NCBI GenBank assembly: GCA_035604415.1
Contig: DATNIN010000068.1
Coordinates: forward strand, 6,102 to 70,101
Direction: 5' to 3'
DNA length: 64,000 bases
DNA from: Candidatus Acidiferrales bacterium
Lineage (GTDB): Bacteria; Acidobacteriota; Terriglobia; Acidiferrales; UBA7541
Part shown: piece by piece, positions 49,365-58,903 of the stretch
Position numbering within the stretch: position 1 is the first letter of the stretch
Layout of the letters: each line of letters opens with the position of its first letter
Notes under the pieces: model-generated
The model's database searches: none
Seen by the model: the letters and a program-made list of their open reading frames with translations, nothing else
Told to the model about the DNA's origin: nothing
Translations under genes and position numbers: made by a program

Positions 49365-51323
49365 ATGCCGAAAAAAGCCGCCACCGCGAAAGCCGAGGAA
49401 ATCACCGTCGAAGGAATCTTTGGTCCTGGCGGGCTGCTCGAAAAGCGTCATCCGGGATACGAGTTCCGGCCGTCGCAGCTGGCGATGGCGCAGATCGCGG
49501 ATGAGGCTTTCGCCAAGCACCAGCACGTTGTAATCGAAGCCGGCACAGGCACCGGCAAAACCCTCGCGTATCTGATTCCCGCCATCCGCAGCGGGCGCCG
49601 CGTGGTCATCTCGACCGCGACCAAATCGCTTCAGGAACAGCTTTTTCAGAAGGACGTGCCGTTCCTTCAGAAACATTTCGCGCCAAACCTGAAAGCGGCG
49701 CTAATGAAGGGCCGCGCGAACTTCCTTTGCCGGCAAAAGGTGCATCAGATGGACGGGCAGCCGGTCCTGAAAGGGATCGACGAGATCGACTGGTTTTCTC
49801 AGATCCGCGAATGGGAGAAGCTGACGGAAACCGGCGACCGCAGCGAGCTGACATTTCTTCCCGACGACGCCGAGCTGTGGAACCGCATCGACGCGCGCAG
49901 CGATCTCTGCACGGGCCAGAAATGCGCGGAGTTTCAGCGATGCTTCATCACGGCGATGCACCAGCGGGCGGAGGAAGCGGACCTGATCATCGTCAACCAT
50001 CATCTTTTCTTTGCCGACCTCGCCATCCGGCAAGACGACTTCGGCTCGATCCTGCCGGAATACTCCGCAGTGGTGTTCGACGAAGCGCATGAGATCGAGG
50101 ACGTGGCGAGCGATTATTTCGGGCGGCAGCTTTCGAGCTACCGCTTCGAAGAGCTGGGGCGCGACGCCGAAAATCTGCTGCGCGTGCTACGAATCGAAGA
50201 GGCGCCGCTGCGGAGAAATCTGGCCCGCATGCGCGAGCGAGCCCGCAGCTTTTTCGAGCGGTTCCCGGAGCGCGAGGGGCGCTACCCGTTCGGGCCGGCG
50301 GAGAGGCGTTCGTTCCTCGATCAGAATCGCGAGGAGTACGACGAGCTGGCTTCGAGCGTGAAGCGGGTCGAAACCGAACTATCGGCGCTCACGCCGAAGC
50401 CGGAAGAAGTGGTCGCGATGGCGCGACGGGCCGCCGAGATGCGCCGCGAGCTGGCATTTCTGCTCGAAAGCGAAGAGAAAGGCTACGTGTATTGGTACGA
50501 GCGGCGCGGGCGGGGCGTGTTTCTAGCGGCGACGCCGATCGACGTAAGCGGAATCCTGCGCGAAAAGCTCTTCGATCGATTCGATACGGTTGTTCTCACG
50601 TCCGCGACGCTCGCCGTCGGCGGGCGGTTCGATTATCTGAAGCAGCGGCTCGGCGTGATGCCCGCGAATGAGAGCGTGCTGCCGCAGGAGTTCGACTACC
50701 GCACGCAGGCGCTGCTCTATATTCCTCGCGCGCTGCCGGACGTGCGGAATCCGGCGTTCGCGGCGAGCGCCGCCGAGGAAATCACGCGCCTGCTCGAGAT
50801 TTCGAAGGGGCGCGCTTTTTGCCTGTTCACGAGCTACGCGCAGATGAAGGACATCCACGAGCGCGTCTCGGGACGAGTGAGCTTTCCTCTTTTCCTTCAG
50901 GGGACCGCGCCGCGATCGATTCTGCTCGACCGCTTCCGCACGACGCCGAACGCCGTGCTGTTTGCCACGTCGAGTTTTTGGCAGGGAGTGGACGTGCCCG
51001 GCGCGCAGCTTTCCTGCGTCATCATCGACAAGCTGCCGTTTGCCGTGCCGAGCGACCCGATTGTCGCGGCCCGCGTGCGGGCGCTCGACGAGGATGGCCG
51101 CAACGCGTTTGCCGAGTACCAGGTTCCAGAGGCGGTGCTGGCGCTGAAGCAGGGCTTCGGCAGGCTCATCCGGTCGAAGACCGACCGCGGCATTTTGTCC
51201 ATCCTCGACAACCGCATTCTGCGCATGCAGTATGGTAAGATTTTCCTTGAGTCCCTGCCCGAATACACAACCACGCAGGACCTCGCGGAAGTTGCGCGCT
51301 TCATGGAAAACCATCCGGAATAG
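49365..51323 (+). CDS. ATP-dependent DNA helicase, DinG/XPD (Rad3) family
   Basis: Walker A EAGTGTGKT, DEAH box VVFDEAHEIED, C-terminal helicase motifs (FWQGVDVPG, QGFGRLIR). Confidence 0.9.
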   Translation: MPKKAATAKAEEITVEGIFGPGGLLEKRHPGYEFRPSQLAMAQIADEAFAKHQHVVIEAGTGTGKTLAYLIPAIRSGRRVVISTATKSLQEQLFQKDVPFLQKHFAPNLKAALMKGRANFLCRQKVHQMDGQPVLKGIDEIDWFSQIREWEKLTETGDRSELTFLPDDAELWNRIDARSDLCTGQKCAEFQRCFITAMHQRAEEADLIIVNHHLFFADLAIRQDDFGSILPEYSAVVFDEAHEIEDVASDYFGRQLSSYRFEELGRDAENLLRVLRIEEAPLRRNLARMRERARSFFERFPEREGRYPFGPAERRSFLDQNREEYDELASSVKRVETELSALTPKPEEVVAMARRAAEMRRELAFLLESEEKGYVYWYERRGRGVFLAATPIDVSGILREKLFDRFDTVVLTSATLAVGGRFDYLKQRLGVMPANESVLPQEFDYRTQALLYIPRALPDVRNPAFAASAAEEITRLLEISKGRAFCLFTSYAQMKDIHERVSGRVSFPLFLQGTAPRSILLDRFRTTPNAVLFATSSFWQGVDVPGAQLSCVIIDKLPFAVPSDPIVAARVRALDEDGRNAFAEYQVPEAVLALKQGFGRLIRSKTDRGILSILDNRILRMQYGKIFLESLPEYTTTQDLAEVARFMENHPE

Positions 51324-51350
51324 CGTCGCTTTCGCCGAGAAGGACAGCCC

Positions 51351-51725
51351 ATGTACGAAGTAAGTGTGGACGAGACATTCGCTGCGGCGCACAACCTGCG
51401 CGAATACAAAGGGAAATGCGAAGACCTGCACGGGCACAACTACAAAGTGCGCGTGACTCTGGCCGGCAAGGAGATCGATTCGGTCGGGCTGCTCTACGAT
51501 TTCGTCCATCTCAAGCAGGTGATTCGAGGCGTGATTCAGTCGCTCGATCACAAATACCTGAATGAGCTTGCGCCCTTCGACAAGCTGAACCCTTCGGCGG
51601 AGAATATCGCGCGCCACATTTACGACGAGACGTCGAGGCAGCTCCGCCAGACGCCCAACGGGGCGGGCGTCGCGAGCATCACCGTGTGGGAGACGGAGAC
51701 GACGGCGGCAACGTATCGTCCCTAG
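51351..51725 (+). CDS. queD: 6-carboxytetrahydropterin synthase
   Basis: 124 aa. FAAAHNLREYKGKCEDLHGHNY motif. Confidence 0.9.
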   Translation: MYEVSVDETFAAAHNLREYKGKCEDLHGHNYKVRVTLAGKEIDSVGLLYDFVHLKQVIRGVIQSLDHKYLNELAPFDKLNPSAENIARHIYDETSRQLRQTPNGAGVASITVWETETTAATYRP

Positions 51726-51756
51726 GCAGGCGTTCGTTTCTTGGAAGCACCGCACC

Positions 51757-52434
51757 ATGGTTATCACCGAAATCTTCAAATCCATTCAGGGAGAAGGCAC
51801 CCGCGCGGGATTGCCCTGCATCTTCATGCGGCTCACCGGCTGCAACCTGCGCTGCATGTGGTGCGATACAGCGTACGCATTCCATGGGGGCACGAAATAC
51901 AGCGTCGCCGAAATTCTGGAGCGGGTGCGCTCGCTCGCCGGAGAGGGAGCTGGACGGATTGCGCTCGTGGAGATCACCGGCGGCGAACCGCTGCTCCAGC
52001 CTGAAACGCCCGTGCTGGCTGAGAAACTTCTCGCCGCGGGCTATACGGTGATGATCGAAACGAGCGGGGAGCGCTTCGTCGGCACGCTGCCGCGCGAGGT
52101 GATCAAGATCGTGGATGTGAAGTGCCCCGACTCGGGCGAAGCGGACACATTCGATACGGCCAACCTCGACGCCGTGGACCGCAAAGACGAAATCAAGTTT
52201 GTGATTGCGAGCCGGCGGGACTATGATTTTGCGCGCGATTTCACGGCACGCCATCGCCTCGCCGAGCGGGTCCATCAAGTGCTGTTTTCTCCGGTCTTCG
52301 CGGACCCGGAGGGGCGCTGGCCCGGGTTGAACGCGCGGGAAATGGCGGAATGGATCCTGGCCGACGGGCTGCCCGTGCGGCTCGGCCTGCAGTTGCACAA
52401 GTTCATCTGGGACCCGGCGATGAAGGGGGTTTGA
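51757..52434 (+). CDS. queE: 7-carboxy-7-deazaguanine synthase (radical SAM)
   Basis: EIFKSIQGEG...RLTGCNLRCMWCDT. Confidence 0.9.
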   Translation: MVITEIFKSIQGEGTRAGLPCIFMRLTGCNLRCMWCDTAYAFHGGTKYSVAEILERVRSLAGEGAGRIALVEITGGEPLLQPETPVLAEKLLAAGYTVMIETSGERFVGTLPREVIKIVDVKCPDSGEADTFDTANLDAVDRKDEIKFVIASRRDYDFARDFTARHRLAERVHQVLFSPVFADPEGRWPGLNAREMAEWILADGLPVRLGLQLHKFIWDPAMKGV

Positions 52435-52443
52435 GATCGGGCG

Positions 52444-53139
52444 ATGGCGGAGAAACCCAAGGCGGTCGTGCTGTTGAGCGGGGGCATGGACTCCTGCGTG
52501 ACGACCGCGATCGCGAACCAGACCCACCGCCTCGCTCTATTGCACGCGAGTTATGGGCAGAGGACGGAGCAGCGGGAACGGCGCGCGTTCGAAGCGATTG
52601 CGGATTTCTACGGGGTGCGGGAGGGGCTGGTGGTAAGGTTCGATGCCTTCGCACAGATCGGAGGCTCGGCGCTGACCGACGAGCGCATTTCGGTGCCCGA
52701 ATCGGGCGAAGCGCTTGCGCCGCACAGCGGGATTCCGATTACGTACGTGCCCTTCCGCAACGCTCACTTTCTTTCGGCGGCAGTCAGCTGGGCGGAAGTG
52801 ATCGGCGCGACGGCTATCTTCATTGGTGCGGTGGCGGAAGATAGTTCAGGCTATCCCGATTGCCGGCCGGAGTACTATCGCGCCTTCGAGGCGCTGATTC
52901 GCGAGGGAACGCGCCCGGAAACGCACATTGAAATCGTGACGCCGGTGATCGCGATGCGCAAGAGCGAAATCGTTCGCCGCGGCGCGGAACTCGGTGCGCC
53001 GCTGGACCGGACGTGGTCGTGCTATCAATTTGAGGACGAAGCGTGCGGGACGTGCGATAGTTGCCGGCTGCGCCTCAAGGCGTTTGCCGAGGCGGAGATG
53101 CGCGACCCTATCGCCTATCGGACGCGAGTTGCGCAATAA
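52444..53139 (+). CDS. queC: 7-cyano-7-deazaguanine synthase
   Basis: VVLLSGGMDS PP-loop and a C-terminal Cys cluster CYQFEDEACGTCDSC. Confidence 0.95.
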   Translation: MAEKPKAVVLLSGGMDSCVTTAIANQTHRLALLHASYGQRTEQRERRAFEAIADFYGVREGLVVRFDAFAQIGGSALTDERISVPESGEALAPHSGIPITYVPFRNAHFLSAAVSWAEVIGATAIFIGAVAEDSSGYPDCRPEYYRAFEALIREGTRPETHIEIVTPVIAMRKSEIVRRGAELGAPLDRTWSCYQFEDEACGTCDSCRLRLKAFAEAEMRDPIAYRTRVAQ

Positions 53140-53188
53140 TAGCCTTAGCAGGGGGAATCCGTATTCGGCTGTCGGAGGGATCAACCAG

Positions 53189-54355
53189 ATGAGACGATTC
53201 ATACGTATCTGGACCATGCTTGCCATAGGTCTTGCGTTTGCCGCAGTCGCCGGCGCACAAAACGCTCGCGTTGCCGGCCAAGTGCTCGATCGCGACGGGA
53301 AGCCTTGGGCGGACGTCACCGTAGTAATGAAAAGCGAATCAGGACGAACCTTTTCGCTGAAGACCGACAAGAATGGGAAATATAGTCAGATCGGGTTGCA
53401 GGGCGGTGTGTATACGTTCACTGTGACCGATACGGCGGGAACTTTGAACTTCACGGAAAAGCATCAAGTCCAAGCGGACGGGGACACCGAGGTCGACTTC
53501 AACTTCAAGCAGATCGCCGCACAGCAAGGCCCTACTGCGGAACAGCAAAAGGCTCAAGCGGAATCGCAGAACAAGTTCAAAGAGATGCAGACTCACTTCA
53601 ACGCCGGGAAGGCCGCCATGGACGACTCCGCCGGCCTGCGTACACAACTCCGCGCGGCTACAGCCGATCAGAAGAGCGGAATTCAGGACAAGATGAACGC
53701 CGACTATCAGGCTGCGATCACGGAGTTTCAGCAGGCGGAGCAGGGAGTCACGGCGAAGGATGTGAAGAACCATGCGATCGTGTGGGCCAATCTTGGACAG
53801 GCGTACGAATCCGCAGGGCGGTTCGACGACGCGGCCAACGCCTATCAAAAGGCAATCGAGCTGCAACCTGCGCCGGAATATTACACGCAGGCGGCCACGG
53901 TTCTGGCCAATGTGGCGGTAGGACAGACCGATCCCGCGGTGACCAGTTCAAAAATTGCCGAAGCGATCGCCGATTGTGACAAGGCTGCCGCGCTCGATCC
54001 CACACAGGGGGTAGGCGTGCGGTGCTGGAAGAACGTGGGCATCGTGCTCAACAACAAGGGAGATTTCAAGGATTCAGTCGCGCCCCTGCAAAAGGCGACG
54101 CAGGCCGACCCGAAAGACGCGCAGGCGTGGTTCTTGCTCGGGAGCGCGTATACTGGCGCGATCGACGCGAAGCAGGAGGGAGATAAGATGACCTATATCA
54201 TTCCTCCCGGAACCGCCGACGCCTACCAGAAGTGCATCGACCTGGACCCGAACGGACCTTACGCCGCGCAGGCAAAGCAAAACCTCGACGCGCTGGCCGC
54301 CATGGGCGGCGGCGAAAGCACGGCTGTCGGCCTTCGACCGAAAAAGAAGAAGTAG
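53189..54355 (+). CDS. Secreted carboxypeptidase-regulatory-like domain plus TPR repeat protein
   Basis: Signal peptide MRRFIRIWTMLAIGLAFAAVAGA, the ARVAGQVLDRDGKPWADVTV...TDKNGKY beta-sandwich, then TPR-like helices. Confidence 0.8.
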   Translation: MRRFIRIWTMLAIGLAFAAVAGAQNARVAGQVLDRDGKPWADVTVVMKSESGRTFSLKTDKNGKYSQIGLQGGVYTFTVTDTAGTLNFTEKHQVQADGDTEVDFNFKQIAAQQGPTAEQQKAQAESQNKFKEMQTHFNAGKAAMDDSAGLRTQLRAATADQKSGIQDKMNADYQAAITEFQQAEQGVTAKDVKNHAIVWANLGQAYESAGRFDDAANAYQKAIELQPAPEYYTQAATVLANVAVGQTDPAVTSSKIAEAIADCDKAAALDPTQGVGVRCWKNVGIVLNNKGDFKDSVAPLQKATQADPKDAQAWFLLGSAYTGAIDAKQEGDKMTYIIPPGTADAYQKCIDLDPNGPYAAQAKQNLDALAAMGGGESTAVGLRPKKKK

Positions 54356-54372
54356 CAAGCTCCATTTCACTG

Positions 54373-54420
54373 GCCGCCGCGGGTAAATTTTCAAGAGGCC
54401 GCGGCGGCTTATTCGAGTCT
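54373..54420 (+). terminator. Candidate terminator after the TPR gene
   Basis: GCCGCCGCGG-N16-CCGCGGCGGC, a 10-bp stem, followed by TTATTCGAGTCTCTTGTTTG. Confidence 0.4.
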
Positions 54421-54429
54421 CTTGTTTGA

Positions 54430-57105
54430 GTGAAGCGATCTCGCCCCTCGACCCGAAGGGATGACAGTGTTATCCTTTCGCAGATTGTCCCGAGGATCCT
54501 GGTGCAAGACGTGGATTCCAACCAACCAAGCACCCAGCGCCGGCGCAGTGAAAGAGTCTCCCAGTCCGTTCCTCTGATCGTTCGCGGAATCGACCTTCTC
54601 GGCCAGCCATTCGAAGAGCGCACCTCGACGCTCGCTTTGAATCTCCATGGGTGCCGCTATTCGTCGAAGCATCACTTGCCGAAGAATACCTGGGTAACCA
54701 TCGAGGTCCCGCACGAGGCTTCGCGCCGCAACCTGCGCGCACGGGTCGCGTGGATTCAGCGGCCGCATTCCGTGCGGGAATTCTTTCAAATCGCGGTGGA
54801 GCTCGAGAGCCCGGCGAACATCTGGAATCTGGAATCGCCGCCCGCCGACTGGAAATCAGGTGACCTAGAGATGCAGCCCGCCGACTATTTCGCGCAGCAG
54901 GAACCGCAAACTACCGAAGCGCCGGAATCGAGCGGGATTTCAGAGGAGACCGCCACTTTCACGGAGAGAACGACGGCCCATATGACGAACTCATTTCCGG
55001 AATCCGCTTCTTTGGCTGCATCCACACTCGGACAAGAGCCCGCGCCGGCGGCCGAAAGCCCGCTTCTGCGGGAATGGAACGCGGAGATCGAACGGCAGGC
55101 GAGCCAGGCCGCGGAGACTGCGGCGGCGAAAGCGGCCGAACATATCCACCGTACGATCGAAGAGTTTGAGCGCATGCACGGCGGCGCCGTCGGGGTCTTC
55201 TCCGCCGAGGTGGCCGCGAAGCAAGAGGAACTCATCACCGGATTGCAGGCGGAGTTTGAACGCGGCTTGCGCCACGCCCGCGAGCTCTTGCACGAGCTGG
55301 ACCGGGGAACGCAGGCCCTGCGCGCAGAAAACGACGCGGCGATCGAATCAACAGGTCGTGTGGCGCAGGCGCGCCTCCAGTTGGAAGCTGCCGAGGCAGC
55401 GCGGGCACAGCTCAAGTCAGACGAGATCTCCAAGGAGACGGCGGCCTCCACCGAAAACGCGGCGGCGAGCTGGCGGCAACGTCTCGAGTCGGAAATGTCG
55501 CTCGCGCAGGCGCAGTGGAATGAGCTGCTTCAATCTTCGCTTGACAGCAGTATCGAGCGTTTGGTCGAGCAATTGTCGGGGCGGTCGCAGGATGTGCTGC
55601 GCGGCGCCGAACAAAAGTTGTCCGAACGATTCGCCGAACTCCGCCAGCCCGTGGGGCAATTGCATGCCGAGGCGCGCGAGGCGCTCGCCGGTGTGAAATC
55701 AGCCCTGGAGCAGGAAGTGGCGCGCGCCCGGTCGTCGCTCGCCGAAATCGAGCATGCGGCGGGCCGGATGAAGGAATACTCGGCGCAGCTCGAGGCCGCG
55801 AGCCACGACACGCTCAACGAACTGCATCGGCGGCTCGAAAACATCCTCGATGCGCAGACGGATGAGCTAAGCCGCAGGGCCGAGAACCTGGCAGCCGGGG
55901 TGCCCCAGCGTCTTGCGCCGACGCTCGATTCCCTTGGCCAGGAGTTCGTCGAGCGGACGATTGCAGAAGTGGAGTCGAAACTCACGCCCCGCATCGAGCG
56001 TGTTCCCGAGCTGCTCCGAGAGCTTGCCGCCCGCGAGGTGGAGGCCGAAGAGAGCTTGCGTCTGCAACGCGAGCGCCTCCGGCAGGTTTCCGAAAACAAT
56101 CAACGCGAGGCGGCCTCGCAAATGGCCGGGACGCTCGTGGGCCTCCGCAATGATTTTGAATCCGCTCGGAAGGAAGCTCTGACGAAGTGGAACGAAGAAT
56201 TGGACGCGAGCGGCGTGCGAGCTTCCCATGCCGCCGCCGAATCGATCGGCCGCTCCTCCGAATGGTTCCAGCAGGAGGCGCGAGCCCGGCTTCAGGTGCT
56301 GGTCGAGCAGACGATGGCGACGGCGGGGAACAGCTTCGACGAGAAAGCGTCTCTCGCGGCCACCAAGTTCGAGGCGCGGCTGGAAGAGCAGTCCACCGGC
56401 CGCCTCGCTCAAATTGAGCAGCGACTCGATGGTCTTGCGGTCGAGGTCGCAGGCCGGACGAGGACGCGGCTCGACGAAGCCGCGGAGGCCGCCGCCGCAT
56501 CGTTCGGACAAGTTCTCCGCAGCATCTCCGAGCAGGAAGTGCAAGGGTTTGCGATCAGCAGCCGTGGTGCGCTCGAGGAGCGGCAGCGAGAGCTCGAGGG
56601 CTTTGCCGAGCAAATCCTCCGGAACGTCGAGTCGAATTCCGGAGTGCTGGTGGAGCGCTTCCAGGCGCAGATGGCTTCGGAGATACAGACGAACATCTCG
56701 GAAGGCCGAAGCATCCTCGCGGCAGAGTTTGCGTCCGCGCTCGATGGATACCGCGCCGAGCGCGAACTGCAACACAAAGAGTGGGCCGCAAGTATCGAGC
56801 GAGCGAATGAGGACGCGGCGGGACGTTATGAGGACCGCTTGCAGACGGCGAGCGATTCCTGGATGGTTTCATCGGTGCGCCGGCTCAACGAGCACGGGCA
56901 GAACGTGATTGAGTCGCTCATGCGTTTGGCGGACCAGGCCTTGCGCGATTCCTGCTCCAAGGTTTTTGAGGGGCTTTCGGAAATGCTGCGGGACCGCACG
57001 ACGAATGCGGCAGGGCCGGCGGGTTTCACGCCCGCGCCGGCGCATGAAGCGGGTGAAACGCCCGCGCCCCACAATCAATCGGCTTCGAGCAGCGCGAACG
57101 CCTGA
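54430..57105 (+). CDS. PilZ-like N-terminal domain fused to a ~750-aa Ala/Glu/Arg/Leu-rich coiled-coil region
   Basis: RRRSER (RxxxR) and ALNLHGCRY (a degenerate D/NxSxxG) lie in the first ~130 aa. The rest is amphipathic-helix low complexity. GTG start, exact start uncertain. Confidence 0.7.
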   Translation: MKRSRPSTRRDDSVILSQIVPRILVQDVDSNQPSTQRRRSERVSQSVPLIVRGIDLLGQPFEERTSTLALNLHGCRYSSKHHLPKNTWVTIEVPHEASRRNLRARVAWIQRPHSVREFFQIAVELESPANIWNLESPPADWKSGDLEMQPADYFAQQEPQTTEAPESSGISEETATFTERTTAHMTNSFPESASLAASTLGQEPAPAAESPLLREWNAEIERQASQAAETAAAKAAEHIHRTIEEFERMHGGAVGVFSAEVAAKQEELITGLQAEFERGLRHARELLHELDRGTQALRAENDAAIESTGRVAQARLQLEAAEAARAQLKSDEISKETAASTENAAASWRQRLESEMSLAQAQWNELLQSSLDSSIERLVEQLSGRSQDVLRGAEQKLSERFAELRQPVGQLHAEAREALAGVKSALEQEVARARSSLAEIEHAAGRMKEYSAQLEAASHDTLNELHRRLENILDAQTDELSRRAENLAAGVPQRLAPTLDSLGQEFVERTIAEVESKLTPRIERVPELLRELAAREVEAEESLRLQRERLRQVSENNQREAASQMAGTLVGLRNDFESARKEALTKWNEELDASGVRASHAAAESIGRSSEWFQQEARARLQVLVEQTMATAGNSFDEKASLAATKFEARLEEQSTGRLAQIEQRLDGLAVEVAGRTRTRLDEAAEAAAASFGQVLRSISEQEVQGFAISSRGALEERQRELEGFAEQILRNVESNSGVLVERFQAQMASEIQTNISEGRSILAAEFASALDGYRAERELQHKEWAASIERANEDAAGRYEDRLQTASDSWMVSSVRRLNEHGQNVIESLMRLADQALRDSCSKVFEGLSEMLRDRTTNAAGPAGFTPAPAHEAGETPAPHNQSASSSANA

Positions 57106-57124
57106 CGGCACCTCCGCGCGAAAT

Positions 57125-58231
57125 CTATTTGTCTCCCACCACTTCCCGGACCGAACTTGCCACGAAGGCAACCTGCTCTGACGTCAAACCCGGGTGCACC
57201 GGCAGACTGAAGACACGCTCGCAGGCGCGCTCGGCGTGAGGAAAAGTTCCCGGCGGAAGCCCCAGCGACGAATATGCGGGCTGAAGGTGCACGGGCCGCG
57301 GGTAGTGGACCACGGTCTCGATTTCGCGAGCGGCGAGCTGCGTGACGATCGAGTTGCGATTGTCCGCATAAACGACGAACTGGTGATACACGCATTCGTC
57401 GCGTGGATCGTCCACGGGCATCTCCAGGCGGGTGCCGGCGAGCAGGCGGCGATATTCGCGCGCGATTTCCTGGCGCCGCGCGGTCCACGCGTACAGATGG
57501 CGCAGCTTGATTCTCAGCACGGCCCCCTGAAATCCGTGCATCCGGTAGTTGTAGCCGACGAACTCGTGCTCGTACCGCGCCGTCTGCCCGTGCGATCGCG
57601 CCGCGCGCGCAAACTTTGCTACCTGTTCGTCGTCGGTTGTGAGCGCTCCTCCTTCGCCGTACGCGCCCAGATTCTTCGTGGGATAGAAGCTGAATACGGC
57701 CGCATGGCCCAGGCTCCCGACGCGCCGGCCCCGGTAGTGTGCGCCGTGTGCCTGAGCGGCGTCTTCGAGAACGCGGAGATTGTGGCGCGCGGCAATGTCG
57801 CTAATCGGGTCCATATCGGCGGGGCGGCCATAGAGGTGAACAGGCAAAATGGCGCGCGTCCGGGGTGTGATGGCCCTCTCGATGAGCTTGGGATCAAGGT
57901 TGGCCGTGGCCGGATCGATATCGACGAACACGGGCACCGCGCCGCAGTATGTGATTGCCTCGGCGGTGGCGAGAAATGTATTGGGGCTGGTGATGACCTC
58001 GTCGTCCGCTTGCACTCCGAGAGCCAGGAGGCCCAGGTGCAGCGCCGCGGTTCCATTGGCGAGTGCAACGCAGTGCCGCGTCCCGCAGAAGTCCGCGAAT
58101 TCCCTCTCGAATGCCTCGACTTCTTCTCCGAGGACGAAGGAGGCGTTCTGGCAGACACGGTCGAGCGCAGGCAGAATCTCGTCCCGCAGTTGCGCGTACT
58201 CGGCTTTTAGATCGAGGACTGGAACTTTCAT
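57125..58231 (-). CDS. DegT/DnrJ/EryC1/StrS family sugar aminotransferase
   Basis: Start at MKVPVLDLKAEY. PLP-enzyme pattern with FYPTKNLGAYGEGG. Confidence 0.9.
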   Translation of the reverse strand: MKVPVLDLKAEYAQLRDEILPALDRVCQNASFVLGEEVEAFEREFADFCGTRHCVALANGTAALHLGLLALGVQADDEVITSPNTFLATAEAITYCGAVPVFVDIDPATANLDPKLIERAITPRTRAILPVHLYGRPADMDPISDIAARHNLRVLEDAAQAHGAHYRGRRVGSLGHAAVFSFYPTKNLGAYGEGGALTTDDEQVAKFARAARSHGQTARYEHEFVGYNYRMHGFQGAVLRIKLRHLYAWTARRQEIAREYRRLLAGTRLEMPVDDPRDECVYHQFVVYADNRNSIVTQLAAREIETVVHYPRPVHLQPAYSSLGLPPGTFPHAERACERVFSLPVHPGLTSEQVAFVASSVREVVGDK

Positions 58232-58407
58232 GGCGCGGCGCCTGTCGAGCCGGACAAAAACTCTACTGTACGCGGCCGCTATCCGCAAGTTCGGAGCCCC
58301 AGAGCGGTGCCTCGTAAGCCGCGGCAGAAAGCCAGCCTCAACCACTCATGCCACTTAGGTGCAAGGAAACACACCCGTGCAGTAACCGTCTCGTCAGATA
58401 CTCTTAT

Positions 58408-58416
58408 TGATATACT
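58408..58416 (+). promoter_or_regulatory. Candidate extended -10 promoter element (TGaTATACT) upstream of the small PilZ gene
   Basis: TGATATACT lies in an AT-rich divergent intergenic region, about 100 nt upstream of ATG 58520. Confidence 0.3.
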
Positions 58417-58519
58417 TTCGACAAATGGCCTTGCTCAAAAGAGAGATGCGAAGGGATGAATCGCCTCGCCAGCGACGTTATAGTCTTGTTATTCTAACGG
58501 AGTCCCATGTCCCGGGAAC

Positions 58520-58849
58520 ATGTCTAAGTCCAATCGCCGGTTTCAACGAATCCCCACGCCGAAGGGTGTCTGGGTCGCCTGGCAAAACGGCACGCAGTCG
58601 AGCGTCTCGCGCGTCCGCGATCTGAATGTCGGCGGCCTGTTCATCGCCACCCCCACGACGGCGCCCTTGGGCACGGTCGTCACGATTCTGCTGTCCGTTC
58701 CGGAAGGAGAAATACGCAGCCGAGCCACTGTAAGGAACGTCGTTGCAGGCGAGGGCATGGGCGTGGAGTTCACGAACATGTCTGAAGCGGATGCGGCCCG
58801 CCTGGAAAAGCTCATCACACGTTTGCTGTCCGCGAGCGCTGAAGGGTAG
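58520..58849 (+). CDS. Stand-alone PilZ domain protein
   Basis: 109 aa. RRFQR (RxxxR) and DLNVGG (DxNxxG, close to DxSxxG). Confidence 0.8.
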   Translation: MSKSNRRFQRIPTPKGVWVAWQNGTQSSVSRVRDLNVGGLFIATPTTAPLGTVVTILLSVPEGEIRSRATVRNVVAGEGMGVEFTNMSEADAARLEKLITRLLSASAEG

Positions 58850-58903
58850 GGGTTCCGGGTCGGCTCGCACCCGAAGCGATTCTTGGCCTTCCGGAAATGG
58901 CCG

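Noticed and set aside
49365-53139. A DinG-like helicase directly followed by queD-queE-queC, considered as a possible 7-deazaguanine DNA-modification (Dpd-like) system.
   Set aside because: There is no tgt/dpdA-like transglycosylase, no dpdB and no other Dpd component in the window. queDEC alone is the ordinary preQ0/queuosine pathway, and surE plus the helicase look like housekeeping genes. This would only be worth revisiting if a DpdA homologue lies elsewhere.
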